A stretch of DNA of 28,267 nucleotides from a virus (Duplodnaviria > Caudoviricetes), in IMG/VR virus record IMGVR_UViG_3300020045_008361, positions 1 through 28,267 of that record; one strand, 5' to 3'. A program made the translations under genes and the position numbers. Below the pieces are notes generated by a model that worked only from the letters and a program-made list of their open reading frames with translations, made no database searches and was not told the origin of the DNA. Positions within the stretch are counted from its first letter, which is position 1. Every line of letters begins with the position of its first letter. Of this stretch, positions 1-6,497 are shown one piece after another.

Positions 1-21
1 GCTTTTGATTGTATTTTCCAT
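1..21 (-). CDS. 5' start of a small gene running off the window edge (MENTIKS...)
   Basis: ATG at 21..19, 26 nt after the stop of 48..251, and open to position 1. Confidence 0.4.
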
Positions 22-47
22 TTGGTGCGGTGGGCGTGGCTTAATTC

Positions 48-251
48 TCATTTTGCTTTATTATAAATGATTTGTAAGGCTTGTTTGGCAGTTGTTCCCA
101 AACAAGGCTCGTCACTTTTAATCGCATCTATTAACGTCATGTCTGTCACTAAAATACTTCCTTCCTTCCCGTAACGTGTTACAAATGCGTTGTAGTGTCC
201 AGCTCCTGCAAATTGAAGTCTAATTCTATTTTTTAATTCTGATTTTGTCAT
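48..251 (-). CDS. hypothetical small phage protein (67 aa)
   Basis: A-rich leader; co-oriented in a small-gene cassette; no recognised motif. Confidence 0.7.
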   Translation of the reverse strand: MTKSELKNRIRLQFAGAGHYNAFVTRYGKEGSILVTDMTLIDAIKSDEPCLGTTAKQALQIIYNKAK

Positions 252-284
252 GATTTCTAAATTTTAAGTTATTGATTTTTTTGT

Positions 285-323
285 GCCGTTGCATTTTAGA
301 TGTAGCATCTAAAATGCAACGGC
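285..323. repeat. perfect 18-bp inverted repeat with 3-nt loop
   Basis: GCCGTTGCATTTTAGATG-tag-CATCTAAAATGCAACGGC, intergenic. Confidence 0.95.
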
Positions 324-334
324 TTGTTATTTTT

Positions 335-604
335 TTAATAAAAGAAATAGGTTAATTTTTTAGTGTTTCCATCTGGAGAAATTGATTCACAAATAGTGCA
401 ACCAATACCAAATTTTGACCCTTGATACACTTTTTCTTTTCCTCCTATACTACGAAAGAATCGAAGAGTTTTTCCATCTAAAAAGTTGTTTTTAAACTTG
501 CTGTCTTTATTTGAAATTTCTTGAGATTCTAACTTATAACCTGTGCCGTCAGTTGTGTATATTTCTTGACAAAAATTTGATTCTGAGATATTAAAAGCTT
601 TCAT
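335..604 (-). CDS. hypothetical phage protein (89 aa)
   Basis: ORF with A-rich leader, downstream of the promoter at 768-798. Confidence 0.75.
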   Translation of the reverse strand: MKAFNISESNFCQEIYTTDGTGYKLESQEISNKDSKFKNNFLDGKTLRFFRSIGGKEKVYQGSKFGIGCTICESISPDGNTKKLTYFFY

Positions 605-643
605 AATATTAAATTTTAATTGTTGTTTTATTTGTTTGTTTGT

Positions 644-736
644 TTATGCGTTCATATTTCCAAAAATTAGTACTAATACTAAAATAGTTGAAAATACTAC
701 TAATAAAGATGCTTGAATAAAGTTTGATGTTTTCAT
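644..736 (-). CDS. 30-aa single-transmembrane micropeptide MKTSNFIQASLLVVFSTILVLVLIFGNMNA (not in ORF track)
   Basis: Translated by hand. First ATG after the promoter, preceded by an (AAAC)n leader; hydrophobic run of about 19 residues. Confidence 0.7.
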   Translation of the reverse strand: MKTSNFIQASLLVVFSTILVLVLIFGNMNA

Positions 737-767
737 AATGTTTTATTTGTTTGTTTGTTTGTTGGGT

Positions 768-798
768 CAAATGTACAAATGATTTTCTATTGTGCAAA
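768..798 (-). promoter_or_regulatory. Bacteroidetes primary-sigma promoter (-33 TTTG, 19-nt spacer, -7 TACATTTG)
   Basis: Matches the established TTTG-N19-21-TAnnTTTG consensus. Confidence 0.8.
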
Positions 799-834
799 CA
801 TTTGTTCATATTTTTTTTAATTATTTTGCATAAA

Positions 835-872
835 AAATCGTTAACCCTTGTAAATACTAGGGTTAACGATTT
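835..872. repeat. inverted repeat, copy 1 of a conserved AACCC-TGTAAATAC-GGGTT hairpin
   Basis: AAATCGTTAACCCT-tgtaaatact-AGGGTTAACGATTT (14-bp arms). Confidence 0.85.
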
Positions 873-922
873 AAAACTTTTTTGTAAATTGTAAGATATT
901 ATTTAATTCTTACTTTGAAATT

Positions 923-1411
923 CTATTTTATTTTAACGGTGGCCGATTCTGAACTTGTTAAATTAGTGCTTATGGTTCCAGGTACATAAGATCCACCTAA
1001 TAAACCAATTGAAACGGCTATTTTTGAAAGTTCCGCATTTATCAACACATTTTGCGCATTGATCGCCTGGACCAAGTTTTGGAACCGGACCGAAGAGAAC
1101 GAACTCCCGTTCAACTCCAGAACTCCCGAAGCCCTGCAATGCACGAAGCCCACTACTTCCCCAGACTCCCCTAATGCGTACATCCTGCTGCTCCCTGGCT
1201 CAGCTAATTGATTTTTATTTATATATCCAATAATCACGGATTCCGATTTGTTGGACGTTTCCGAATATATAGCCGTCCAATCTTCAAGGGGTTGGCTATC
1301 AAAACCAAAAGGATAGCTTTCTTTGGCCGTTTTCGCCCCAAATTGATTAATTTTTAATATTCTTTTTCCCGCCTCTATCGTGGCACTTTTTATTTTACTG
1401 AATGTTATCAT
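923..1411 (-). CDS. baseplate spike / assembly protein (Mu gp45, P2 gpV-like)
   Basis: PFGFDSQP...VIIG...LAEPGSSRMYA resembles the gp45-type N-terminus; follows the hub gene as in Mu order. Confidence 0.7.
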   Translation of the reverse strand: MITFSKIKSATIEAGKRILKINQFGAKTAKESYPFGFDSQPLEDWTAIYSETSNKSESVIIGYINKNQLAEPGSSRMYALGESGEVVGFVHCRASGVLELNGSSFSSVRFQNLVQAINAQNVLINAELSKIAVSIGLLGGSYVPGTISTNLTSSESATVKIK

Positions 1412-1415
1412 AACA

Positions 1416-1505
1416 ATTTTTCTTCAAAGTTACCACGAAAAAAAAAAAATTATTTATTTTCAGAAAAAAAAATTATTTTTCTTCAAAGTTACCACGAAAA
1501 AAAAA
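1416..1505 (-). repeat. two direct repeats (59-nt period), each with a -7 element TAACTTTG and a poly-T tract
   Basis: Plus strand ATTTTTCTTCAAAGTTACCACG-A12 at 1416-1449 and the same with A9 at 1475-1505. Confidence 0.85.
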
Positions 1506-1514
1506 TATTTTTTT

Positions 1515-1595
1515 TCAATCCAAATCGTGTCTATCACTTGTTAGTCCTGCGTAAACTAATATCAGGAAAAATATAATTACCAATACTTTTATCAT
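1515..1595 (-). CDS. 26-aa single-transmembrane micropeptide MIKVLVIIFFLILVYAGLTSDRHDLD (not in ORF track)
   Basis: ATGA start/stop overlap with 1592..1792; strongly hydrophobic N-terminal half. Confidence 0.65.
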   Translation of the reverse strand: MIKVLVIIFFLILVYAGLTSDRHDLD

Positions 1596-1792
1596 AATGC
1601 TAAAATTTTGTTTTGTAAAGCTAATTCATTACCCCATTCAATAGCCTGATTCAAGTCATTTTCGTCCAAAATCAACGCTTCCGTGTCATCATCAAAGAGT
1701 TGGTAAATTTCCGTTTTACCCTCTTCAAATAATTTTTTTGCTCTTTCAATTGAGATTATCTCCCACCAGTAATTTGTTTCTTTCTTTGCCAT
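1592..1792 (-). CDS. hypothetical acidic phage protein (66 aa)
   Basis: Tightly packed cassette ORF. Confidence 0.75.
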   Translation of the reverse strand: MAKKETNYWWEIISIERAKKLFEEGKTEIYQLFDDDTEALILDENDLNQAIEWGNELALQNKILAL

Positions 1793-1802
1793 TTTTATAG
1801 TT

Positions 1803-2009
1803 TTAAAGTTTATGTCTAATTACCGTTGCAAAAGCTACTTCAAACTTATTTGTAGCAATCGTATTAATGCCTTTTGCAATACATTCAATCCTTATTTCCT
1901 CGCCTGTGGTAGCACTTTTTACAGTATAAAAATCTACAACCTCATAAATATTTGTGGATCTACCACCCATTTTAAATTTGTCTCCTATGGTAACGCCTCT
2001 AACTGTCAT
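1803..2009 (-). CDS. hypothetical small beta-rich phage protein (68 aa)
   Basis: Tightly packed cassette ORF; IGDKF...YEVVD suggests an SH3-like fold (weak). Confidence 0.75.
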   Translation of the reverse strand: MTVRGVTIGDKFKMGGRSTNIYEVVDFYTVKSATTGEEIRIECIAKGINTIATNKFEVAFATVIRHKL

Positions 2010-2020
2010 AATTTTTGATT

Positions 2021-2290
2021 TTAATTAATTTGGTGTAATACTTTTTTTCTGTCAATAGAAGAACGTATTTGCAAAGTATAATTATGCTGTTTACAAGCCA
2101 CTTCATATTGATTAATGAACTCTTTTACCCTTTCAAGTTTTTCATACGGGAAAAGGACTGCATACATTAAATTTGGTGCAATTGAAAAGGTTTTTAAACT
2201 TTGTACCGCTTCAAATTTACCTGATATATTGGTTTTCAAATAAACCATAATATTGCAATCTTTAAAATCGATGTTTTTTAGATTTTTCAT
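2021..2290 (-). CDS. hypothetical phage protein (89 aa)
   Basis: Tightly packed cassette ORF. Confidence 0.75.
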   Translation of the reverse strand: MKNLKNIDFKDCNIMVYLKTNISGKFEAVQSLKTFSIAPNLMYAVLFPYEKLERVKEFINQYEVACKQHNYTLQIRSSIDRKKVLHQIN

Positions 2291-2294
2291 TATT

Positions 2295-2384
2295 CTAAAT
2301 ATTAAAAATTAAACTCACTAAAATTCTGGTACCGAAGTACGAAGCTATTATTAAAGCTATCGTTATTTGTGTTTTTCGCTTCAT
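2295..2384 (-). CDS. 29-aa membrane micropeptide MKRKTQITIALIIASYFGTRILVSLIFNI (not in ORF track)
   Basis: Fills the gap between neighbours almost exactly (2-nt and 4-nt spacers); basic N-terminus plus hydrophobic stretch. Confidence 0.75.
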   Translation of the reverse strand: MKRKTQITIALIIASYFGTRILVSLIFNI

Positions 2385-2386
2385 AA

Positions 2387-2581
2387 TTACAATAAATTAT
2401 TAGTTATTTTTTCAAATTCTGATATTGTATGAATTCCGCTTGAAAGTTCATTTATACTTTCAATTTGTTTTGCAATTTTAAATGTAGAGTCTAAAAATCT
2501 ATTTTTTTGATTTTTACCATAACAGAATACTCTAAATATTCTACCATCAAAAAATTTTACTTCAAATAGTGTAGTTTCCAT
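2387..2581 (-). CDS. hypothetical phage protein (64 aa)
   Basis: First ORF after the promoter at 2608-2637. Confidence 0.75.
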   Translation of the reverse strand: METTLFEVKFFDGRIFRVFCYGKNQKNRFLDSTFKIAKQIESINELSSGIHTISEFEKITNNLL

Positions 2582-2607
2582 AATTCCTATGTTTTAATTT
2601 CTTGGGT

Positions 2608-2648
2608 CAAAGATATAAATGTTTTTGAATAAACAAACATTTGTTTAT
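2608..2648 (-). promoter_or_regulatory. Bacteroidetes-type promoter (-7 TATCTTTG, -33 TTTG, 18-nt spacer) overlapped by a palindromic operator candidate
   Basis: Plus strand CAAAGATA at 2608-2615, CAAA at 2634-2637; ATAAACAAA-ca-TTTGTTTAT at 2629-2648. Confidence 0.75.
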
Positions 2649-2681
2649 ATTTATTTTTAAATTATTTTTAGTAAAATAGAA

Positions 2682-2705
2682 AAACCCCTGTAAATACAAG
2701 GGTTT
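2682..2705. repeat. inverted repeat, copy 2 of the AACCC-TGTAAATAC-GGGTT hairpin
   Basis: AAACCC-c-TGTA-aa-TACA-a-GGGTTT. Confidence 0.75.
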
Positions 2706-2744
2706 AATAAAAATAATTATTTTTATATTTGTAAGATATTGTTT

Positions 2745-3326
2745 CTACGTTATTTCTAATAATGCTTTTTGATAAGCGTTATAAGCATCGATTTCATTAA
2801 TGAACAATCCTAAATGTTTTCTATAAAATTTAATCCCTATTCTTGCTCTCCATTTTTTTGTTTTATTACACCAACTGACACCAGTATATTTAGAAGCACT
2901 CTTTATGTGTTGTCTATTTGAGTTTTCACGGGAAGTTACAATTTCTAAATTTAATTTTTTGTTGTCAGTTTTGATGAAATTTTTATGATTGATAACTAAT
3001 ATGCTTCCGCAAACGGTATGGTTTAAAAAAGCAATTGCAACTAATTGATGAACTTTTCTAGTTTTACGTTTAGAATTAAAACAAAGTACTATATTAGAAT
3101 ATCCTCTATTATCTTTTCCTAGTTTTAATATTTTTTCTTTACTTATACTTGGATATTTTCTTTTTTTTAAAATAATTCTGCTCAAAGATTTTATTCTACC
3201 TAAATCAGAAATTTTATAAATTCCTTCGTAATTTGGTATATCACGCCATTCCTCTATTTTCCAAATTTTGTCAAATTCACAGAAATAATTAATCGGTTCT
3301 AATGTGAAAATTTTGCTATAATCCAT
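2745..3326 (-). CDS. free-standing NUMOD4-HNH-AP2 homing endonuclease
   Basis: NUMOD4 EEWRDIPNYEGIYKISDLGRIKS; HNH VHQLVAIAF...INHKNFIKTDNKKLNLEIVTSREN; AP2 SKYTGVSW...KWRARI...HLGLF. Confidence 0.9.
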   Translation of the reverse strand: MDYSKIFTLEPINYFCEFDKIWKIEEWRDIPNYEGIYKISDLGRIKSLSRIILKKRKYPSISKEKILKLGKDNRGYSNIVLCFNSKRKTRKVHQLVAIAFLNHTVCGSILVINHKNFIKTDNKKLNLEIVTSRENSNRQHIKSASKYTGVSWCNKTKKWRARIGIKFYRKHLGLFINEIDAYNAYQKALLEIT

Positions 3327-3345
3327 AATATTTTATTTAAAAAGA

Positions 3346-3427
3346 AAGCCTTTATAACTCAATACCTATCGCCAAACAGGGTATCTCGTTAAAAAGGCTT
3401 ATTCTCTAATATTTTAATCTGTTTGGC
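3346..3427 (-). ncRNA. structured 5' leader (tag/loop pseudoknot plus terminator-like hairpin), copy A
   Basis: 5' GCCAAACAG (3427-3419) is complementary to loop CTGTTTGGC (3379-3371) of the hairpin at 3400-3346, which is followed by TCTTTTT. Confidence 0.65.
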
Positions 3428-3431
3428 TCTA

Positions 3432-3439
3432 CAAATATA
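3432..3439 (-). promoter_or_regulatory. -7 promoter element TATATTTG for the HNH gene
   Basis: TAnnTTTG match just after the hub stop codon. Confidence 0.7.
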
Positions 3440-3446
3440 CAATTAA

Positions 3447-4622
3447 TTATAAAATATCTTTATTTCCAAAATATTTATTTTCATCTTCATTTAAGTGCAT
3501 TTCCATATAATGATCTGGATCACTATGATTAAAAAATAAATTCCTAATTAAAGGACCTCCTGAAAATGATTCCGGTGGGACCAAATTCAAAGTAGTGGTA
3601 TCTGACTTTTCATCAAACTTTAATGTAATACTATCCACCATCCATCTATTGTAAGCATAATTATAAATATAGTGATTATGACAATTAACTATTTCTCCAG
3701 GATATATTTCATCAAACAACCCTTGTAATTCTACAGTTGCTACGATATTCTTTAGCTCACTCGCAAGTTCATTTTTTGAAGCGTCTTTCGTAGCGGTGTC
3801 ATCTCCAGAAGTCATTATTTTTGTGGTGGGCCTATATTTTGATATTAAGGTATTCCGTGATACGTCCGTGGTAGATACGCCCGCATTTTCGTCCGTGGGC
3901 TGTCTGACGATGTTTATTTCCGAGTGCATAGCCTGTCCGTTTACATCCATCGACATTGATAGCGAATTTCCTTTTGTGAAGAAGTACTTTGGCTTTTGCA
4001 ACAAATCAGGTTGAAACAACAAAACATCGCCTTTCTCATTGTGCGAAAGAATGATGTTTTTTTGCCCTGCCAATTTTGCCAAATAATCTTTTATGCTTTC
4101 AGTAGGACTGGCCGAAGTTCTCCCAAACACGGAATTTGCTTTTGCCTTGATGGTTTCATACGTGGACTTTGCAGAAAAAAAAATTTTTTTTTCTTTGACA
4201 GTTCCCTCTGAAATGCTTTTTGCTTGGTCGGAAACCAAGACTTTTATCCAATACAATCCACAAAGTTTTTCGGCAATATCTTTCAGGGATCGGTTGGTAC
4301 TTTCCAATGGGTAGGCACTTACTGGAATCGTGACATCCTCCAATATACCGCTTTTCGAGTATCCCGAAACTACCACCAATTCCCGTCCTTTGTTGCTCCT
4401 AAAACGATGATTCAAGATGGTACCTGTAAAAATTAATTTGTCCTTGGCATTGAAAATCTCCACAGGTAAATATTGCAAAGGCTTCAACAACGCTTGATGG
4501 TCTGGATTTTGTGGACTGAAACGGCACGAAAACTCAAACGTGGAAGCGATTGAATCTAATTTCAAAGTGATGCTTCCTGCCGTGAAAAATTCGCAAGATT
4601 TGCCATTTATTTTGATAGTCAT
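3447..4622 (-). CDS. baseplate hub protein (Mu gp44, P2 gpD-like)
   Basis: MTIKING...LDSIASTFEF...IFTGTI...SGYSKSGILED pattern; size; lies between the gp43-like and spike genes. Confidence 0.8.
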   Translation of the reverse strand: MTIKINGKSCEFFTAGSITLKLDSIASTFEFSCRFSPQNPDHQALLKPLQYLPVEIFNAKDKLIFTGTILNHRFRSNKGRELVVVSGYSKSGILEDVTIPVSAYPLESTNRSLKDIAEKLCGLYWIKVLVSDQAKSISEGTVKEKKIFFSAKSTYETIKAKANSVFGRTSASPTESIKDYLAKLAGQKNIILSHNEKGDVLLFQPDLLQKPKYFFTKGNSLSMSMDVNGQAMHSEINIVRQPTDENAGVSTTDVSRNTLISKYRPTTKIMTSGDDTATKDASKNELASELKNIVATVELQGLFDEIYPGEIVNCHNHYIYNYAYNRWMVDSITLKFDEKSDTTTLNLVPPESFSGGPLIRNLFFNHSDPDHYMEMHLNEDENKYFGNKDIL

Positions 4623-4660
4623 AATCTAAATTTATTAATGTTCCAAGAAAAAAAATTTTT

Positions 4661-5878
4661 TTATTTTGCATATTTCAGCATCCTGCCTTTTTCTATCGAG
4701 AACAATTCGTTTAATTTGATATTGTTGGTTTTAATGAAAGTATCAATATTTTCATCCTCATTATCCAATCCCAAATACCTATGAACCATCAAAATTACAT
4801 TTGTTTTTTTGGCAGCATAAACAATCCTTTCTCGCTTGGTTTCAAATGACATTCTGTATAAATTGGCAACCGTAAAATTTACCAAAGTATTCAATTCTGT
4901 TTGTACCGTGGCATCCGCATTGTAGGTGTTGTTCACGTCATAAACAGAAACTTTCAAATCATCCAAAGTAGTTTGGTAGTCTTGGTAAATCGCTTTCAAT
5001 CTGTCTGTCATTTTAGCCACGTCCGAAACCAAAACATAATCCCCTGCTTGTGGGTTTACCATTGTCACGCACATCGATGCAATATTGGAACCAGCCATTG
5101 ATTCAAAATACTTTTTATCTGCCAATGTTTTGATGGAAGATTTTAATCTATAATAGATATTTTCGTAAGAAGCAATACGCCCTTCTATCGCCTGAACATA
5201 AGTAGATGGCAAGTCCAAGAAATTCTGAATTGTTTGAATAGCATTCAAGGGATTTTCCAACAATTTATCAATCGCTTTTAAGCCTGAATTTAGAGCGTTT
5301 TGGAAGTCGGCATAGGTATTACTGTCCTGAATACTTTTCATCGCTCCTGCCATATCCGTAATGCTTGCAGCTTGCTTTCCAACATCGCTTGAAGTGAAAT
5401 TTACATTAGTAACTGCATTTTGCGAACTATCATAATAAACTTTTTGATGTTTGTCCATTGTATTATCCTTAACCGAAAAGTTTGTCAATGGATAATCAGC
5501 ATCAATACTTTCCCAAAAAGGCACTGTGACTTCCGTAACATTCAGCGAACTATCATCACGCTTTATACTTATGGGTTGTCCATTTATAACCCCATAAAAT
5601 GGATGTGTTACAGTCCAAGGCCGTGGATCATTAGCAGATTCTTCAAACTCATCTGCTTGGCTTATATTGTCGGCTCCAACGAACCAAAAAACCAACGGCA
5701 TCTTTCTGGACTGAGGTTTTTTTCTGTCAATTAAAGACCCGAAAACATTAATAAACTCAAAAGAAGAAGTATTGTATTCTCTTTCCGTTTCTCCCCCCTT
5801 TTGTAAAGGAAAATATATTTTACCGTCACCTGTTTGGATGCTAAACTTTATACTGTCAACTCTTTCTTCCCAACTCAT
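4661..5878 (-). CDS. Mu gp43/gpN-like DNA circularisation / tube-initiator protein
   Basis: N-terminal MSWEER...HPFYG, helical middle, LysM-like C-terminus (ILMVHRYLG...FIKTNNI...IEKG); directly upstream of the hub. Confidence 0.7.
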   Translation of the reverse strand: MSWEERVDSIKFSIQTGDGKIYFPLQKGGETEREYNTSSFEFINVFGSLIDRKKPQSRKMPLVFWFVGADNISQADEFEESANDPRPWTVTHPFYGVINGQPISIKRDDSSLNVTEVTVPFWESIDADYPLTNFSVKDNTMDKHQKVYYDSSQNAVTNVNFTSSDVGKQAASITDMAGAMKSIQDSNTYADFQNALNSGLKAIDKLLENPLNAIQTIQNFLDLPSTYVQAIEGRIASYENIYYRLKSSIKTLADKKYFESMAGSNIASMCVTMVNPQAGDYVLVSDVAKMTDRLKAIYQDYQTTLDDLKVSVYDVNNTYNADATVQTELNTLVNFTVANLYRMSFETKRERIVYAAKKTNVILMVHRYLGLDNEDENIDTFIKTNNIKLNELFSIEKGRMLKYAK

Positions 5879-5895
5879 AGTAATTTATTTTTTAA

Positions 5896-5932
5896 CAAAG
5901 ATATAAATAAATGATATTAATAATTATATTTG
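5896..5932. promoter_or_regulatory. back-to-back promoters: TATCTTTG on minus (5903-5896) and TATATTTG on plus (5925-5932)
   Basis: Two TAnnTTTG matches, each pointing at one of the divergent genes. Confidence 0.7.
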
Positions 5933-5935
5933 TAC

Positions 5936-6028
5936 CGCTAACAATGAATAACACATAAAGAACCGAATCCCTTTTTCCGAGAAACACATTGTTAGCGCAA
6001 GTTTCAAAGAACGAGGGATTTTCTTTTT
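5936..6028 (+). ncRNA. structured 5' leader (tag/loop pseudoknot plus terminator-like hairpin), copy B
   Basis: CGCTAACAATG (5936-5946) is complementary to loop CATTGTTAGCG (5987-5997) of the hairpin at 5966-6020, which is followed by TTCTTTTT. Confidence 0.65.
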
Positions 6029-6042
6029 AAAAATATAAAAAA

Positions 6043-6396
6043 ATGGAAAACACTAAAAAATTAAACTTAATTGTACACGGTGGAGCATACCCTAATAATC
6101 AAGACCTACTTTTCTGCATTAATTTATTATTAAACGAAACAATAACCGATGAAGATAAGTTTTTAATTAAAAGAGTATTGTATAGATACAAAATAGGAAA
6201 ACCAGAAAGAAGTATAGAAGCATACGAATTTTTAATAGAACAAAACTTATTGCTTACTAAAATGGTAGAATCATCCACGAAAAGAATAGAAGAAAAACAA
6301 AAAAATGATTTATATTCTTTTCCTTATCAACTACAACTTCATTCTTGGTGGGAAATAATAAAAATTAAATTTTCAACTTTAAAACATTTTAGATGA
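6043..6396 (+). CDS. orphan moron-like protein (117 aa), the only convincing plus-strand gene
   Basis: Own promoter, A-rich leader and terminator; very AT-rich; no recognised motif. Confidence 0.75.
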   Translation: MENTKKLNLIVHGGAYPNNQDLLFCINLLLNETITDEDKFLIKRVLYRYKIGKPERSIEAYEFLIEQNLLLTKMVESSTKRIEEKQKNDLYSFPYQLQLHSWWEIIKIKFSTLKHFR

Positions 6397-6465
6397 TTAT
6401 AACTAGATATACTGTATAAAAAAAATTTGAGAGACGAGAATTTTTCAGTTATAATTGTCATATTT

Positions 6466-6495
6466 AAAAAGCCAATCTTAGTTGATTGGCTTTTT
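6466..6495. terminator. bidirectional intrinsic terminator
   Basis: AAAAAGCCAATC-ttagtt-GATTGGCTTTTT between convergent genes. Confidence 0.9.
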
Positions 6496-6497
6496 TG

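Noticed and set aside
609-809. 66-aa minus-strand ORF in the track
   Set aside because: It runs through the promoter and AAAC repeats; the 30-aa ORF at 736-644 explains the region better.
1416-1505. Mini CRISPR array
   Set aside because: Only two low-complexity repeats, which contain a promoter motif; no cas genes.
2745-3430. IscB/HEARO-type RNA-guided nuclease or group I intron
   Set aside because: The protein has no RuvC or PLMP features, the leader is under 100 nt, and the flanking genes are not interrupted.
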